From Octopus bimaculoides (Eukaryota), in the NCBI RefSeq assembly GCF_001194135.2, contig NC_068982.1, forward strand, positions 105,294,641 through 105,358,640: a stretch of 64,000 bases of DNA. The letters run 5' to 3'. The notes under the pieces are model-generated. The model did no database searches and had not been told where the DNA came from. It saw only the letters and a program-made list of their open reading frames with translations. The translations under genes and the position numbers were made by a program. Of the stretch, positions 36,901-48,248 are shown in pieces (positions within the stretch are counted from its first letter, which is position 1; each line of letters starts with the position of its first letter).

Positions 36901-39900
36901 TACTGTGCCTGCATTTTCACAAGAGATAAATGTAGAGGAACAGTAATTGATGTATTTCACCTGAATTCAACTTTCTAGCCTATGTTCTGGTTGCTACTAC
37001 TTACAGTAAAGCAGAAACAGACTGCTGATAGAGAAAAATTAAACACACATGCTGTCCTCACCCAAGTGGTAGCAAAATATACATGGAGAGTCGGATCGGT
37101 AGTTTGTATCCAGTTTCTTCAACTGACTTCTGACATTAACAAGCACTAACAACAGAATACTTGTTTCTTGATGGAGGACATCCACACTTACACACCTTTT
37201 GAAGTTCTTGAGAACTTTAGCAAAAACTGTTACCTAAAAGCACCCAACTTGAAAAAACAGTTAAGGGTTGGTGACAGGAAGGACATCAGGCTATAGAATA
37301 ATGTCTCAAATTTTTGTCAAAATCACAGCAGTATAGAAAATGATATCATTTGAAGAAAATATGCTACAAAATGAGTACTCACTTTCCTTCTTCACTCCCT
37401 TAATCCACTCTCTGTAAGCTCTTGCTCTGGCACTCCATCACTACCATCTTTATCTCATTCCCACTACTCCCACTTATCCACTCCTATATAATGTGTCTAT
37501 AGCAAGACACATATGCTTGTCCTATCATGCTTTAGCCTTTCAACACTTGGCATAAAGCTCCCAAATCCCAATAGCTTGAGCTTTATCCGTTTCCTTTTTG
37601 TCTTACAGGTTACTTGACAAACTCACTAGAGCTTGTAGCATGAAAAAAACAAAAACAAAAGTACCCAGTACACACTTTAAAGTGGTTAGCATTAAGAAGA
37701 GCACTCAGCCATGGAAAATCATGCCAAAGTTGACGTGAAGCTCAATGCAGCACTGCAGTTTGCCAGATCATGTCAGACCATCCAACCCATCCAAGCATAG
37801 AAAACAGTCATTAAATGATGATAATGATGCTTTCAACAATTTTCCCAGTTACTCATTAACCTAGTCATGCTTATTTTATCTTAAACCTTGTAGTCTAATT
37901 AAATTCCTGGGGTTCACCAAGGATCAATCCTCAGCCTCCTCTTGTTCACCATAGTCTTGCAGGCAATAATAGAGGAATTTAAGATGAGCTCCCCCCCCCC
38001 CCNNNNNNNNNNCTTGCTCTTATAGCTGAATCACTACCAGAACTAGAAAAATTTCAGGAGTGGAAACAAAGTCTGGAATCAATGGGCTTTAGATTTAATC
38101 TAGCAAAAACCAGTCTTAGTAAGTAATCACAAATCCCTTCAGGTAGATGGCCCAGCTTGATCTGTAGAAAAGGTATAGGTAGAAACTCCATAAGATGTAC
38201 CCAGTGCAAGCTATATCAGAGGAAGGTTAACTGGGAAAATAGTTTTCATGTGTGGAAGGTGCACAGGTAAAATAAATACTAAAAATGTACAGAAAAATAG
38301 ACTCCATCAAATGCCAGTGGGGAAAGCTAGAAGTAGTTGATAGCTTCCATTATCTAGGTGACCAAGTCAGTAGTGGATGCTCCGAGAATAATAGGCTGGG
38401 CAAAGCTCAGAGAGCTTCTACCTCTGTTGGTAACTAAGGGCCTCTCCCTCAGAGTGAAAAGCAGATTGTATGATGCCTGCAAACAACCATGCTACATGGC
38501 AGTGAAACATGAGCTGTGACTGCTGAGGACATGTGTAGGCTTGAAAGAAATGAAACTAGTATGCTGTGTTGAATGTGCAATGTCAGTGTGCATGAACAAC
38601 AGAATGTAAGCATCTTGAGAGAAAAGTTGGGCATAAGAAGCATCAGATGGGGTGTACAAGAGAGACAACTGTGTTGGTATGTTTATGTGATGCATACAGA
38701 TGTGGACAGCTGTGTAAAGAAGAGCCGATCTCTAACTGTGGAGGGAACCTGTGGAAGGGGTAGACCCAGGAAGACATGAGATGGGGTATTGAAGCATGAT
38801 CTTTGAACGTTGGGTCTCACAGAGACAATGACAAGTGACCGAGACCTTTGGTGATATGCTGTACCTGAGAAGACCCACAAAGCAAAATGAAATCTTAGTC
38901 ACGGCTGATGCCAGTGTCACATAATTGACACCTGTGCTGGTGGTAAAATAAGAAGCACCCATTACACTCTTGGAGTGGTTGGCATTAGGAATGGCATCCA
39001 GCCATAGAAACCATGTCGAATGAGATTGGAACCTGATGTAGCCCTCCAGCTTATCAGTTCCGGTCAAACCGTCTTATCCATGCCAGCATGGAAAGCAGAT
39101 GCCAAATAATGATGATGATGATTCACTGTTGTTATTTTAATGATGTTATTGTAAAAAGAAGAGATTAATATGATTTCTCTAAATCAATTCAGAAATATTT
39201 ACAATGTGCTTTTCTTCAGGACATCTAAATGAATCAGAGAAAAACTTACAAATCTAGTGGATAAAAGAAGAGCACCAAATATTTTCCTTTGTAATCTGCC
39301 AACTTAATGTCTTTGAATTCTCCATTGACAACAGCAGTCCCTTTAAAGTCTGGAGCAGCTTGTTGTATTTTGGCTGTCAGCAGTGCAGGACCACCTTCAA
39401 ATAACAAAATAAATTTAGTTAAAAATAACTAAAACTGATATGGAATTGGATTATTAACTCCAGAGCCATGAGTTCATATAGGCTGTATGAGTTGCTTATG
39501 TTTCAGTAGGAATAACTATAAGACAATGTCTATAGAATATAAAGTAGCAGAACAAAGCAATTAGGGGAGGGAACTGGCTTCTAAGACAAAGTAGGAATGA
39601 GGAGGAAGAAATACAAGTATATCAGTTGAAGGTGTGCAGCTAACTAGTTTAGAGAAGTAGAGATTGCTGTAGTAGTGATGAATAAACAGAGAAATAAGGT
39701 AGTGAATGTGTGGGCTTGAAGCCAAAGCATGTCAGTGAGTTTTTACTAATTAGCTGGACAATCTTTTTGAGATATGGATATCTTGTACACTCAGCATAAC
39801 TGACTGACATACTTAGGTTTATACTTTTGTTATATAATCTTTTGGTTGAGGATAGGCTCAACCTAATCTAAATATGACATACAGCATTTAAATCACTGAA

Positions 39901-39934
39901 CGTAATCTAGAAACATGCTTACATACATATCTTC

Positions 39935-39965
<31 letters not shown>

Positions 39966-42900
39966 TGTAAACCAGGTCAAAATTATAAATTGTTTTATTG
40001 TAAAATTGATAGAATTTTGTCATTTCTGGCTGATTGTATACTCTTTTACTTGTTTCAGTCATTTGACTGCGGCCATGCTGGAGCACCGCCTTTTAGTTGA
40101 GCAAATCGTCCCCAGAACTTATTCTTTGTAAGCCTAGTACTTATTCTATCGGTCTCCTTTGCCGAACCGCCAAGTTACGGGAACGTAAACACACCAGCAT
40201 TGGTTGTCAAGTGATGTTGGGGGGGACAAACAAAGACACACAAACATATATATACATATACATATATAGGATGGGCTTCTTTCAGTTTCCATCCACCAAA
40301 TCCACCCACAAGGCTTTGATCGGCCCGAAGCTATAGTAGAAGACACTTGTCCAAGGTGCCACGCAGTGGGACCTTGGGCAAGTATATATCATCATCATTT
40401 TAACATTCACTTTTCCATTCCATGCTTGCATGAGTTAGACGAAGTTTAGTGAGGTAGATTTTTAACAGCTGGATACCCTTCCTGTTGCCAACCCTCACCT
40501 GTTAGTATTTCCCCATTGCCAGATATGTTCGTACAGAATACTGGAAATAAATGACACTGCTTGTGTGACAGTGACGGTCATTTACAACTATTACGTGATG
40601 TCAAAACAAGGACACACACGTAAACTGGCTTCTTTTAGCTTCTATTTGCTAAATTCACTTAGAATGCCTCGGTTGGCTATAGTAGGAGACACTTGTCCAA
40701 GGTGTCATGTAGTGGAACTCAGCCATGCAATTGGAAAGCAAACTGCTTACCAAACAGCATCATCTCTGCCTAGCTTGTGGATGAGAAAGACCCAGGGAGA
40801 CATGGGATGAAATGGTGAAGGCTGACATCACGACTAAGCCTCGTGAGGAAATGACAAAGCATTAGGATATCTAGCAAAATGAGGTTCTCATGAAAACTTG
40901 TCCATTATGATAGGACAGACTTCTTGAAGTGGTTTTATATATATGAACACCCGTATCAATGTCATGTCCTTCCTCACCACACCATATCATCTATTGCAGT
41001 TGCTCCCCCCATCTCTATACCACATTTCTCTCTTGCCACTCAGAACGACCTCACTTGTTAGCAATTCTTCATTCATCAATATTGTTCTCCACACCCACAT
41101 GTTAAACGGCCATTCCTCCATCCTTACCCAGACCATTAAATTATCTCTCTTTATGCATTACATCTCTTTACTCTGCTGCAGCCAATCCAAACATGTCATC
41201 TCTCTTCTTCCCAACCTCCCCATCAACAGTATCATTACTATTCTACTGCAAGCATCCTTGTAACCTGCTTGACTAGTGCACCTGCCTCCCCTCTTCCACT
41301 TCCCCCAACACTCCTGCAAAACCCCAACTCCTTACCCACTACTGCTCCTGTTACATGAGGTGCCACCTGGGCACCTTATCACCACAGTTTATCTTCTTGG
41401 AGATACTTCTAATCCGTTCTTATTCTCTCTCCTAAATGTGATCAGTCATGTAGCTCCTTTACAATGAGAACCTGCTCTACCCCAAACTTTTCCCTCATAC
41501 CTTAACCTCCATCTAACATACAAATGCAACATCCACCCTCCCTGGGTTTGTTGACTTGCAAACTACATGGTGACCTCAATAGTGCTGGTGGCACAACAAA
41601 AAGCACCCAGTACACACTGTAGTGTGGCTGATATTAGGAAGGACATCTAGCTGTGGAAAACACACCAAAGCAGACACTGGAGCATGATGCAGTCCATTGA
41701 CTCATTGGATCCTTAACAACCCATGCTGGCATGGAACATGGTAGTTATATGATGATGATGAATTCTATTAAATAAAAATAGATCAACACCTTTGTTAAGC
41801 TGAGCTGGCATGCTGGTCTTAATTCCAGTTGTGATTATTTCATTTTTTTTATATGGTTAATATCATAATTTCCCCCACTTCACCTAAAAATTTCATGCTA
41901 TTTAAATTATGCAAGAAACCATTATTAAACAACCTTGGGACATTTTTCCAATCTGATTTAATCTTAATCACTAAAGCTTGTGTTCTGATCATTCGTAGTT
42001 AATCGCTAATGATGGATACACCTTACGGTCTAAAACCTTTGGCATGTTCTTGGGAAGTGAATACAGAAAAAGATTGCAAATGAATGTAAAGAAGGATGTA
42101 TGTAAAAGTATTACCTGTTTTAAATGTACGACATCCAAAGTATAATCTCTGTGAAGTTCCAGATGTAAATTTAACAAACTGTTGGAATCTGCAGAGCTGT
42201 GAAATCACATGAAATGAAACAGATAAACTAAGATTAGAAGACAAAAAATATATCATTGTAGGCTATTAGTTATTAGATGATGAATATTTTACAGTCTCTA
42301 CTAGATAACATTTAGAGGGAGAATTTAGTGAAGAAATAATCAATAAATAGATCCATTTGATTCTAAAACCAGGAAATAATTCCAACCAATTCTACTGGAA
42401 TCTGATTAATAAATATATTCAGATTTTTACCAAGAGAAGTTTTTAGTTTTTTAAGAATTTTCTCTGCTGCCAGAACTTTCTGAAGTGCTTGGTTTGCAAT
42501 AATGATTTCCAATTTGATATTAACTATAAAAGCCTACTTTAAAACAGATTTATATTTTGTAACTAGCAAATTTTACATAGGAATTCATGTTCTCTGTAGA
42601 AACTATGTTATTTATATTATTGCAACCAAATATAAAAGTTTGTGAAGACAAAACTTTGCACTTTTTCTTGGCCAACATTGATTCCTGTTAATATATCGCT
42701 TACAGTTATCAAGCTTATGACAGTTTCATTTATAAACAGAAGCCAAGATAAGGTCATGCCTGTGCCCCATTTTGAGAACAACCTCACTGATCCTGCCAAT
42801 TACATGCTAATCACTTTAACTTCTAATATCCCAAAGAATTAGAAACAATGACAATCAACCAACTTCTTTATCATCTTGTGTGAACAGTAATTTCCATGTA

Positions 42901-45900
42901 TTTTGTACATTAACAATCTCTTGCTGTCATTTATAATCACACAGATCTGAACAGATGATTCAATTCTTTACAGAATATCATTCACTTTCGTTTAAGGCAC
43001 CTCAAACCTGACATGCAGAACTATGAATACTGACATAAAATTATCACTTGATGAGGACATGATAACCTAGTCTCATTAAACACAGTTATTGCACAAAACA
43101 CAACATATATTGTCATTCTTACTCATGAAAAATATATGAACCTTCAATCTTAGAAATGCCAAGCCTCAACATTCTGATGATCTCTCATGGAAACTATATA
43201 GTTACAACATAAACAACATCTTCCAGGATATTCGATGTCAAAAAATACACAACTCACAGCTGCTTAATGGCATAATTTCACCTTACATTAGATTTCATGA
43301 ACAAACACACAGGAAAAAAGCAACCTAACTAACTGGCGAATCTTCACTGGCCAACTTGCAATAAACATTACCAACTAGCATGCTGCATTCTCTGTGTGCA
43401 TCTTCTAGTGCTACTAGAACAGTTCATGATACTGGGAATTAACCAGCTGTTACTAATCAATGATCATCTCCTTTTGACAGCTTTACTAGTGTACCAAATA
43501 TTTCTCAGAATCTTTCCTACTTAAAACTGTAATTTCATTGAACTCACTTCTTGCTTAAGTTTTGCCTATATAGACTTGCAGAAGTTCAAGCTGAACATCA
43601 ACCATGTTATCTCACTGCTCTGAAATGTTGGCACTCCGTCGCAAGTTCCAGATGATCCGATGAACGGAACAGCCTGCTCGTGAAATTAACGTGCAAGTGG
43701 CTGAGCACTCCACAGACACGTGTACCCTTAACGTAGTTCTCGGGGATGTTCAGTGTGACAAGGCTGACCCTTTGAATTACAGGCATAACAGAAACAGGAA
43801 GTAAGAGTGAGGGAAAGTTGTGGTGGAAGAGTACAGCAGGGTTCGCCACCATCCCCTGCTGGAGTCTCGTGGAGCTTTAGGTGTTTTCGCTCAATAAACA
43901 CTCACAACGCCCGGTCTGGGAATCGAAACCGTGATCCTATGACCGCGAGTCCGCTGCCCTAACCAGTGGGCCATTGCGCCTCCACGCTCTGAAATGACCT
44001 GCGAGGTTATAGGCACAGGCCCTTTCCTTGGCTTTATAAAAGAGTAAATGACGGTATTACTTGCTAACTATATTGATATCCTCTACTTTATGACTTGCAT
44101 TTCTTACATGCTAGCTTCAATCTGATCATTCAGCATTTTTTTAAAGCATCAAGCTTAATAACAAACTCTCAAGCATGAAGTTGGCTCTTTCAGTGTGAAT
44201 TGTGAACATGTATTTAAAAATAGATGAAAAAGGAACACATTTTAAAATCTACACAGCTACCCTGGTGATTCATCAACTTGGAATGATCTGGTTTCATTGT
44301 TTATACATCAGTATTTTCGTGATACAAAAGGTTAAAATCTAAGTGAAAAATATTCAGAGAAGATACTATTAAGATTTAGGAAAAAAATGTTTAAACCAAA
44401 CCAGAGAAATTTGATTCTCATCTATTATATAAGAAGATACTGCCCAAAGTTCAATTTTTCCCAGCATTGAAAAAAAAAACTAATGATTAGAATTTCTATT
44501 CAGAAGCACCAAGGTTTTACCTCTTACTGGGTTATAATACATCAGAATTTTTTCTTATAAATGTTAAACAAGATATTTCAGCTAACCTTGAATTGAAAAC
44601 CCATTTTCCTATGCTTTTTTAAAACAAATTTGAATAGGTAAAAAATTCACAGTGCCTGTTCCACTAACCACTAATTATATTCATTTAATGAGTGAATATG
44701 TTCATTATGATATTTAATTAGTTAAAACTTAAAAATCTAGTGTACTTCCTTCTCAGCTTAAATGTTTAAGATTACAGTAAATATGTGGCAGGAAAGGAGA
44801 GACTGGTGATGGTGCCATATAAAGAGCACCCAGTTCACTCTGTAAAGTGGTTGGCATTAGGAAGGGCATCCAACCATAGAAACCAAGCCAAAACACACTA
44901 TGGAACCTGGTGCAGCTCCTGGCCTTGCCAGGTCCTGTCAAGCCATCCAACCCATGCCAGCTTGGAAAATGGACGTTAAATGTTGATGATGATGACGATG
45001 ATGTAGAGAATAAGAACTGGTATAAGGGAGGTTGAGCTCTAGAATTTTAACTGCTGAGTTAAGTGAAGTGGTCAACAACTTTGATATTTTCATCTGCAAC
45101 TGAGAGATGAGACGGAGTACCCCAGGAAGCCAACAAAAGACTGGATCTGTCTTGATCCAAGTAATGAAGGCCAAGTGATTCTGCTTTCTCATATAGTGAA
45201 AAGAGAGCACTTGAGACATCCAGAGACTCAGCAAGAATAACTGCATCAGCAAAATCCCAGTCAACAATCTTTATTAGTGTGGTCCATAGCAGCATTAGCT
45301 TTTAATGGTTATAATACATTTAATATAATTTGATGTTTGAAAATTATATTGTATACTATTTGAAATAAAGAAATCTCTCAATTCAAAATTTGTAATGTTC
45401 AATTAAAATATTTGGAAGATCGATTATGTCCCTTGAAATAGATTTAGTTTAGTCTATGAAACCGAAGAAATGGAATTCTAAAAGGGAACCTTGGTCTTTC
45501 AGGGTAGCTGTCACTGATATTCATTTGAATAAATTATAAAAGAGCATTTTTGATTTGAAATTCTACAGATCTGGGAATAGGTTGAAAGAAAGATAATATA
45601 GTTGTAAACAATATGACGACTCGTCAAAAGCGTATTACGTTACACTCAAAGTCAAAATAGAAGTGACTAGAAATATTGTTTTGAATGTTACATTATGTGG
45701 CGGGAAAATAGAATTTTAAAACAAGCATACCTGAGTTTTGATACACGTGCAGCAATTAATGAAATATGCAAACTGACTCGTTAAAGCAACAGACAACGAG
45801 CAAGAACCTTTGTTTTTTCGCTAACAACTTTTAATGGTTATAATACATGTAATATAATTAGATGTATACGGTCACATAGCTATACCGGCTCGTGTCTATG

Positions 45901-46984
45901 CGTGCATGTGATATTGGTGCATTATTCCATTTTTTTTTTCTCTAGCAAAAGGTTACTGAAGAAAAAATATCTTTTTATTCATTTCGCAGATGGCTACTGC
46001 ATTAACAATGATCATAAAAATAAAAAAGAATTGTTAAGGGATATAAGCTCAATTGGGATTAAATCTGCGATGACTGGTTTAATTTGGTGTTAATCGTAAC
46101 TCAGCCCCTGCCCTGCTCGGGCTATACGGTAATCTCTCCAGACTCGATATAATTCTGTCTGATCTAGTTACACACACACAAAATAAATAAGTGTTGGTGA
46201 TGGAGAACAAGACAAGCTGTAATCAATGATACTTATTTTGTCGCTCCATTCCCGGTCAAGGTTAAAGATAAAGAGATGTTAGTTCCTTTTGAGTACTAAC
46301 GGAGATTTGAAGGACATTGGATCCGAAAGAAATGACGTTTAATACCGGGTTAGGCTCCGATCAAAGGTATTATAGATTTGACTAGGTTGTCCTTCCCCCA
46401 ACCCTGTTCAAACACGGTGTATCTTAGATTTCGTTATTATGGATATCTTTTTTTCAAGGCAAAACGGCATGAAATAGATTTGGCTGCTTTTCCATGCTGG
46501 TGGAATGACTGCGAAGTTTGTTTCGTCGGCTGAAAACCATATGCACATTACGGAACTATATAAAGATACCAAACTTTGAAATAAGTTCAAGAACAAACAA
46601 GATAAAGGGACAAATGTTCATTTACCAAGCAAAATAATAAAAAGTGAAACGAATTACTTGGAAAGTAGAAAAACACCACTATAATAGGAGATATTCAAAC
46701 ATTTTCTTATTCAAGAATAAAAAGGTTAATTAAAATAAAATATATGCATATTTTGAAATATAAAATGAATGCTAAATAATAAATGAAAGATGTATAGGCT
46801 TCGCAAGATAATGGTATTCCACCCGTCTTGAATGAATAAACAAAATATTATGTAAAAAATACAAGGTGTCTTGGGTACAGGTTAATTAAGCGTTCGACAA
46901 CAATAAAATAACTACGTTCTCATAAAAATTCAGTATGGTGTTAAAAAAATTAAAACATTTTATAATTACCCCTGAACGTAGCAT
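30815..46984 (-). CDS. PRDX3: Peroxiredoxin 3 (mitochondrial typical 2-Cys thioredoxin peroxidase), 7 coding exons, 232 aa
   Basis: complement(join(30815..30900,31609..31739,33604..33707,36560..36695,39250..39394,42115..42196,46970..46984)); 699 nt. Protein carries FFYPLDFTFVCPTE (peroxidatic Cys), GGLG, VCPANW (resolving Cys, the ANW variant typical of Prx3) and C-terminal EYFEKVN, with an acid-free R/K/F/S/T-rich presequence. Exons 3-7 are secure; exons 1-2 are inferred from phase and presequence character. Confidence 0.92.
31041..31300. repeat. Decaying 30-34-bp minisatellite (aaacatgtttataaatgaatatactctcctttct) in the last PRDX3 intron
   Basis: Two near-perfect units followed by about six diverged units. 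Confidence 0.8.
31609..31739 (-). CDS. PRDX3: PRDX3 exon 6 ([43 protein letters not shown])
   Basis: Direct translation; acceptor ttttggcag, donor G|gtgagt. Confidence 0.97.
33406..33581. mobile_element. piggyBac-type MITE (taacccctttagcattta...taaatgctcaagggttaa)
   Basis: Imperfect CCC...GGG TIRs ending at (T)TAA; partial copy near 21370-21478. Confidence 0.6.
33604..33707 (-). CDS. PRDX3: PRDX3 exon 5 ([35 protein letters not shown])
   Basis: Direct translation; acceptor ttcttccag, donor CG|gtaagt. Confidence 0.97.
34100..34750 (-). mobile_element. mariner transposon 5' remnant (HTH region of transposase)
   Basis: ORF 34195..34557: [16 protein letters not shown]...[31 protein letters not shown]; TIR-like sequence near 34700-34750. 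Confidence 0.85.
35559..35828. mobile_element. piggyBac-type MITE, 270 bp, TTAA TSD
   Basis: TTAA|CCCATTACCTCCCA ... TGGTAGGTAATGGG|TTAA (13/14 TIR match). Confidence 0.75.
36560..36695 (-). CDS. PRDX3: PRDX3 exon 4 ([14 protein letters not shown]...[10 protein letters not shown]), peroxidatic Cys
   Basis: Direct translation; acceptor ttttttcag, donor AAG|gtaaat. Confidence 0.97.
37905..38890 (+). mobile_element. RTE-clade LINE 3' remnant (RT to C-terminus)
   Basis: [20 protein letters not shown]...[gap]...LALIAESL...NLAKT and [11 protein letters not shown]; stops and frameshifts. Confidence 0.8.
39250..39394 (-). CDS. PRDX3: PRDX3 exon 3 ([48 protein letters not shown])
   Basis: Direct translation; acceptor ttatttgaag, donor TT|gtaagt. 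Confidence 0.96.
40960..41540 (+). mobile_element. Highly decayed Penelope-like element remnant
   Basis: Pyrimidine-rich strand with fragments such as [11 protein letters not shown] resembling the PLE RT-to-GIY-YIG linker; weak. Confidence 0.35.
42115..42196 (-). CDS. PRDX3: PRDX3 exon 2, mitochondrial presequence ([28 protein letters not shown])
   Basis: Acceptor tttcatgtgatttcacag, donor G|gtaata, phase 1 fits exon 3; RTFKTG fits the R-X-F-X-X-G two-step MPP/MIP processing motif. Confidence 0.78.
43628..43985 (-). mobile_element. Full-length tRNA-derived SINE (same family as 13981) with 11-bp TSD
   Basis: TSD gctctgaaatg at 43617-43627 and 43986-43996. Confidence 0.88.
45040..45290 (-). 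mobile_element. RTE-clade LINE RT fragment
   Basis: [18 protein letters not shown]...AESLGL...[13 protein letters not shown] resembles RTE '[14 protein letters not shown]...IEVVESFTYLGS'. Confidence 0.7.
46970..46984 (-). CDS. PRDX3: PRDX3 candidate exon 1 coding part (MLRSG)
   Basis: cagtcATGCTACGTTCAGGG|gtaatt, phase 0 matches exon 2; CpG-rich flank with NRF-1-like site about 100 bp upstream. Confidence 0.6.
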
Positions 46985-47083
46985 GACTGATGTGCATTAA
47001 AGAAAAATTGATAAATTAAACAAATTTTTTTAGTCGCAGTGGAAAACCCGCAAAACGTTATCGACAGCGCAGTTAGAAATCAA

Positions 47084-47106
47084 TGCGCATGCGTCATGCA
47101 CGTCAT
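47084..47106. promoter_or_regulatory. NRF-1-like palindrome TGCGCATGCG with adjacent CRE/ATF-like TGACGTG in the putative PRDX3 promoter
   Basis: caaTGCGCATGCGtcatgCACGTCAt; NRF-1 consensus YGCGCAYGCGCR is typical of nuclear genes for mitochondrial proteins; locally CpG-rich. Confidence 0.55.
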
Positions 47107-47303
47107 ATAAATTAGTAAAGATACAGGTGTTCCTAGCGTGTAATTCAATTTCTTTTATAGATGCAATATACGTAGCGCTATACTATCCTGTTAGAATACA
47201 TTTTTGTTATCTTTCAAATAATTTGTGAGTTTTTTTCTCTTGTCAAGGCTTCTGGCTGTGATTAAAGAAAAACAAGCCCCTTCCTCCGACCAAAAACAAG
47301 AAG

Positions 47304-47746
47304 GGCGGAATTCTGGTTTAAGCACCCCAAATAACCTCAAATAACTTCCTTTACTTTTTGGAATTTTCAGAAAATTTTTGCGAATTTGTGTTCTTCACAT
47401 GGGGGAATTCATACAATTATGAAAAAAAAAATTTTTTTTTTTGATTTTACGGATCTTTTTAAATATCAGTGTTTAAATTACAGGCAGTCCGAATTTTTGG
47501 CTTAAATCTCAGCAATGGACCATTAAATATGTTTATGAGGAGAAAAATATTGGAAAACATCAATACATGTCAGACTGACACGAAGAAACAAGGAAAGTAA
47601 ATTGTGAGATGTACTAAAAGTAACAGCTAAATAGCCCTTAAATCACACACACACACACACAATTTTTAAAAATTGTTTTGCATAATCGTATGAATTCCCA
47701 TGAGTAAAACAAAGTTATAAGGGGTACTTAAACTAGAATTCCCTCC
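47304..47746. mobile_element. MITE-like element with imperfect terminal and subterminal inverted repeats
   Basis: ggcggaattctggtttaagcacccc (47304-47328) vs ggggtacttaaactagaattccctcc (47721-47746); inner pair about 47398-47440 vs 47665-47703. Confidence 0.65.
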
Positions 47747-48217
47747 AAAAAAGTAACACTTTTCGCAGCTAAAATATATTTTACTCTATTATCCCTATAC
47801 CTAAAAGTTCGGACGACCTTTCACTGATTGTTTTGGTTTATTAATCCTGCAGTGATATGTAGCTAAAACCAAAATTCAATGGAAGAAACACAAAGTTGAT
47901 TTGTCGTTAATAGTGAAATACCTAATGTTTCGAACACACTTGTTCTACGGCTGCAGGAAGATAAATGAGAATAGAAACAGGCGAGACAATAACATGGAGT
48001 GGTAGGTACGGTCCCAGGGACACACGAGACGGATGTGCTAGAAGGATTAAAGTGAGAAAGGGAGTAAAAGTTTGTAGCGAAAGTCAGATCAAGTGAAATG
48101 TTAAATCGAAAGTGATAACTCATGGACACAAGAGTGACTGTGTGGTAAGTTGGTTGGGCAAGTGTCTACTATAGCATCGTGAGTGGATTTAGTAGACGGT
48201 AACTGTAAGAAGCTGGT

Positions 48218-48248
<31 letters not shown>

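Noticed and set aside
42270-42410. C/D-box snoRNA (ATGATGA ... CTGA) as the explanation for the conserved intron tract
   Set aside because: Boxes are antisense to the host transcript and the D box is mutated in the second copy.
45059-45295. ORF initially considered as a PRDX3 upstream exon or separate gene
   Set aside because: It is a decayed RTE reverse transcriptase (FAD[D]AVILAES motif, following YLGS motif broken by a stop).
47990-48010. ATGGAGTG|gtaggt as first exon of a divergent + strand gene
   Set aside because: No credible downstream + strand exons found in 48-64 kb.
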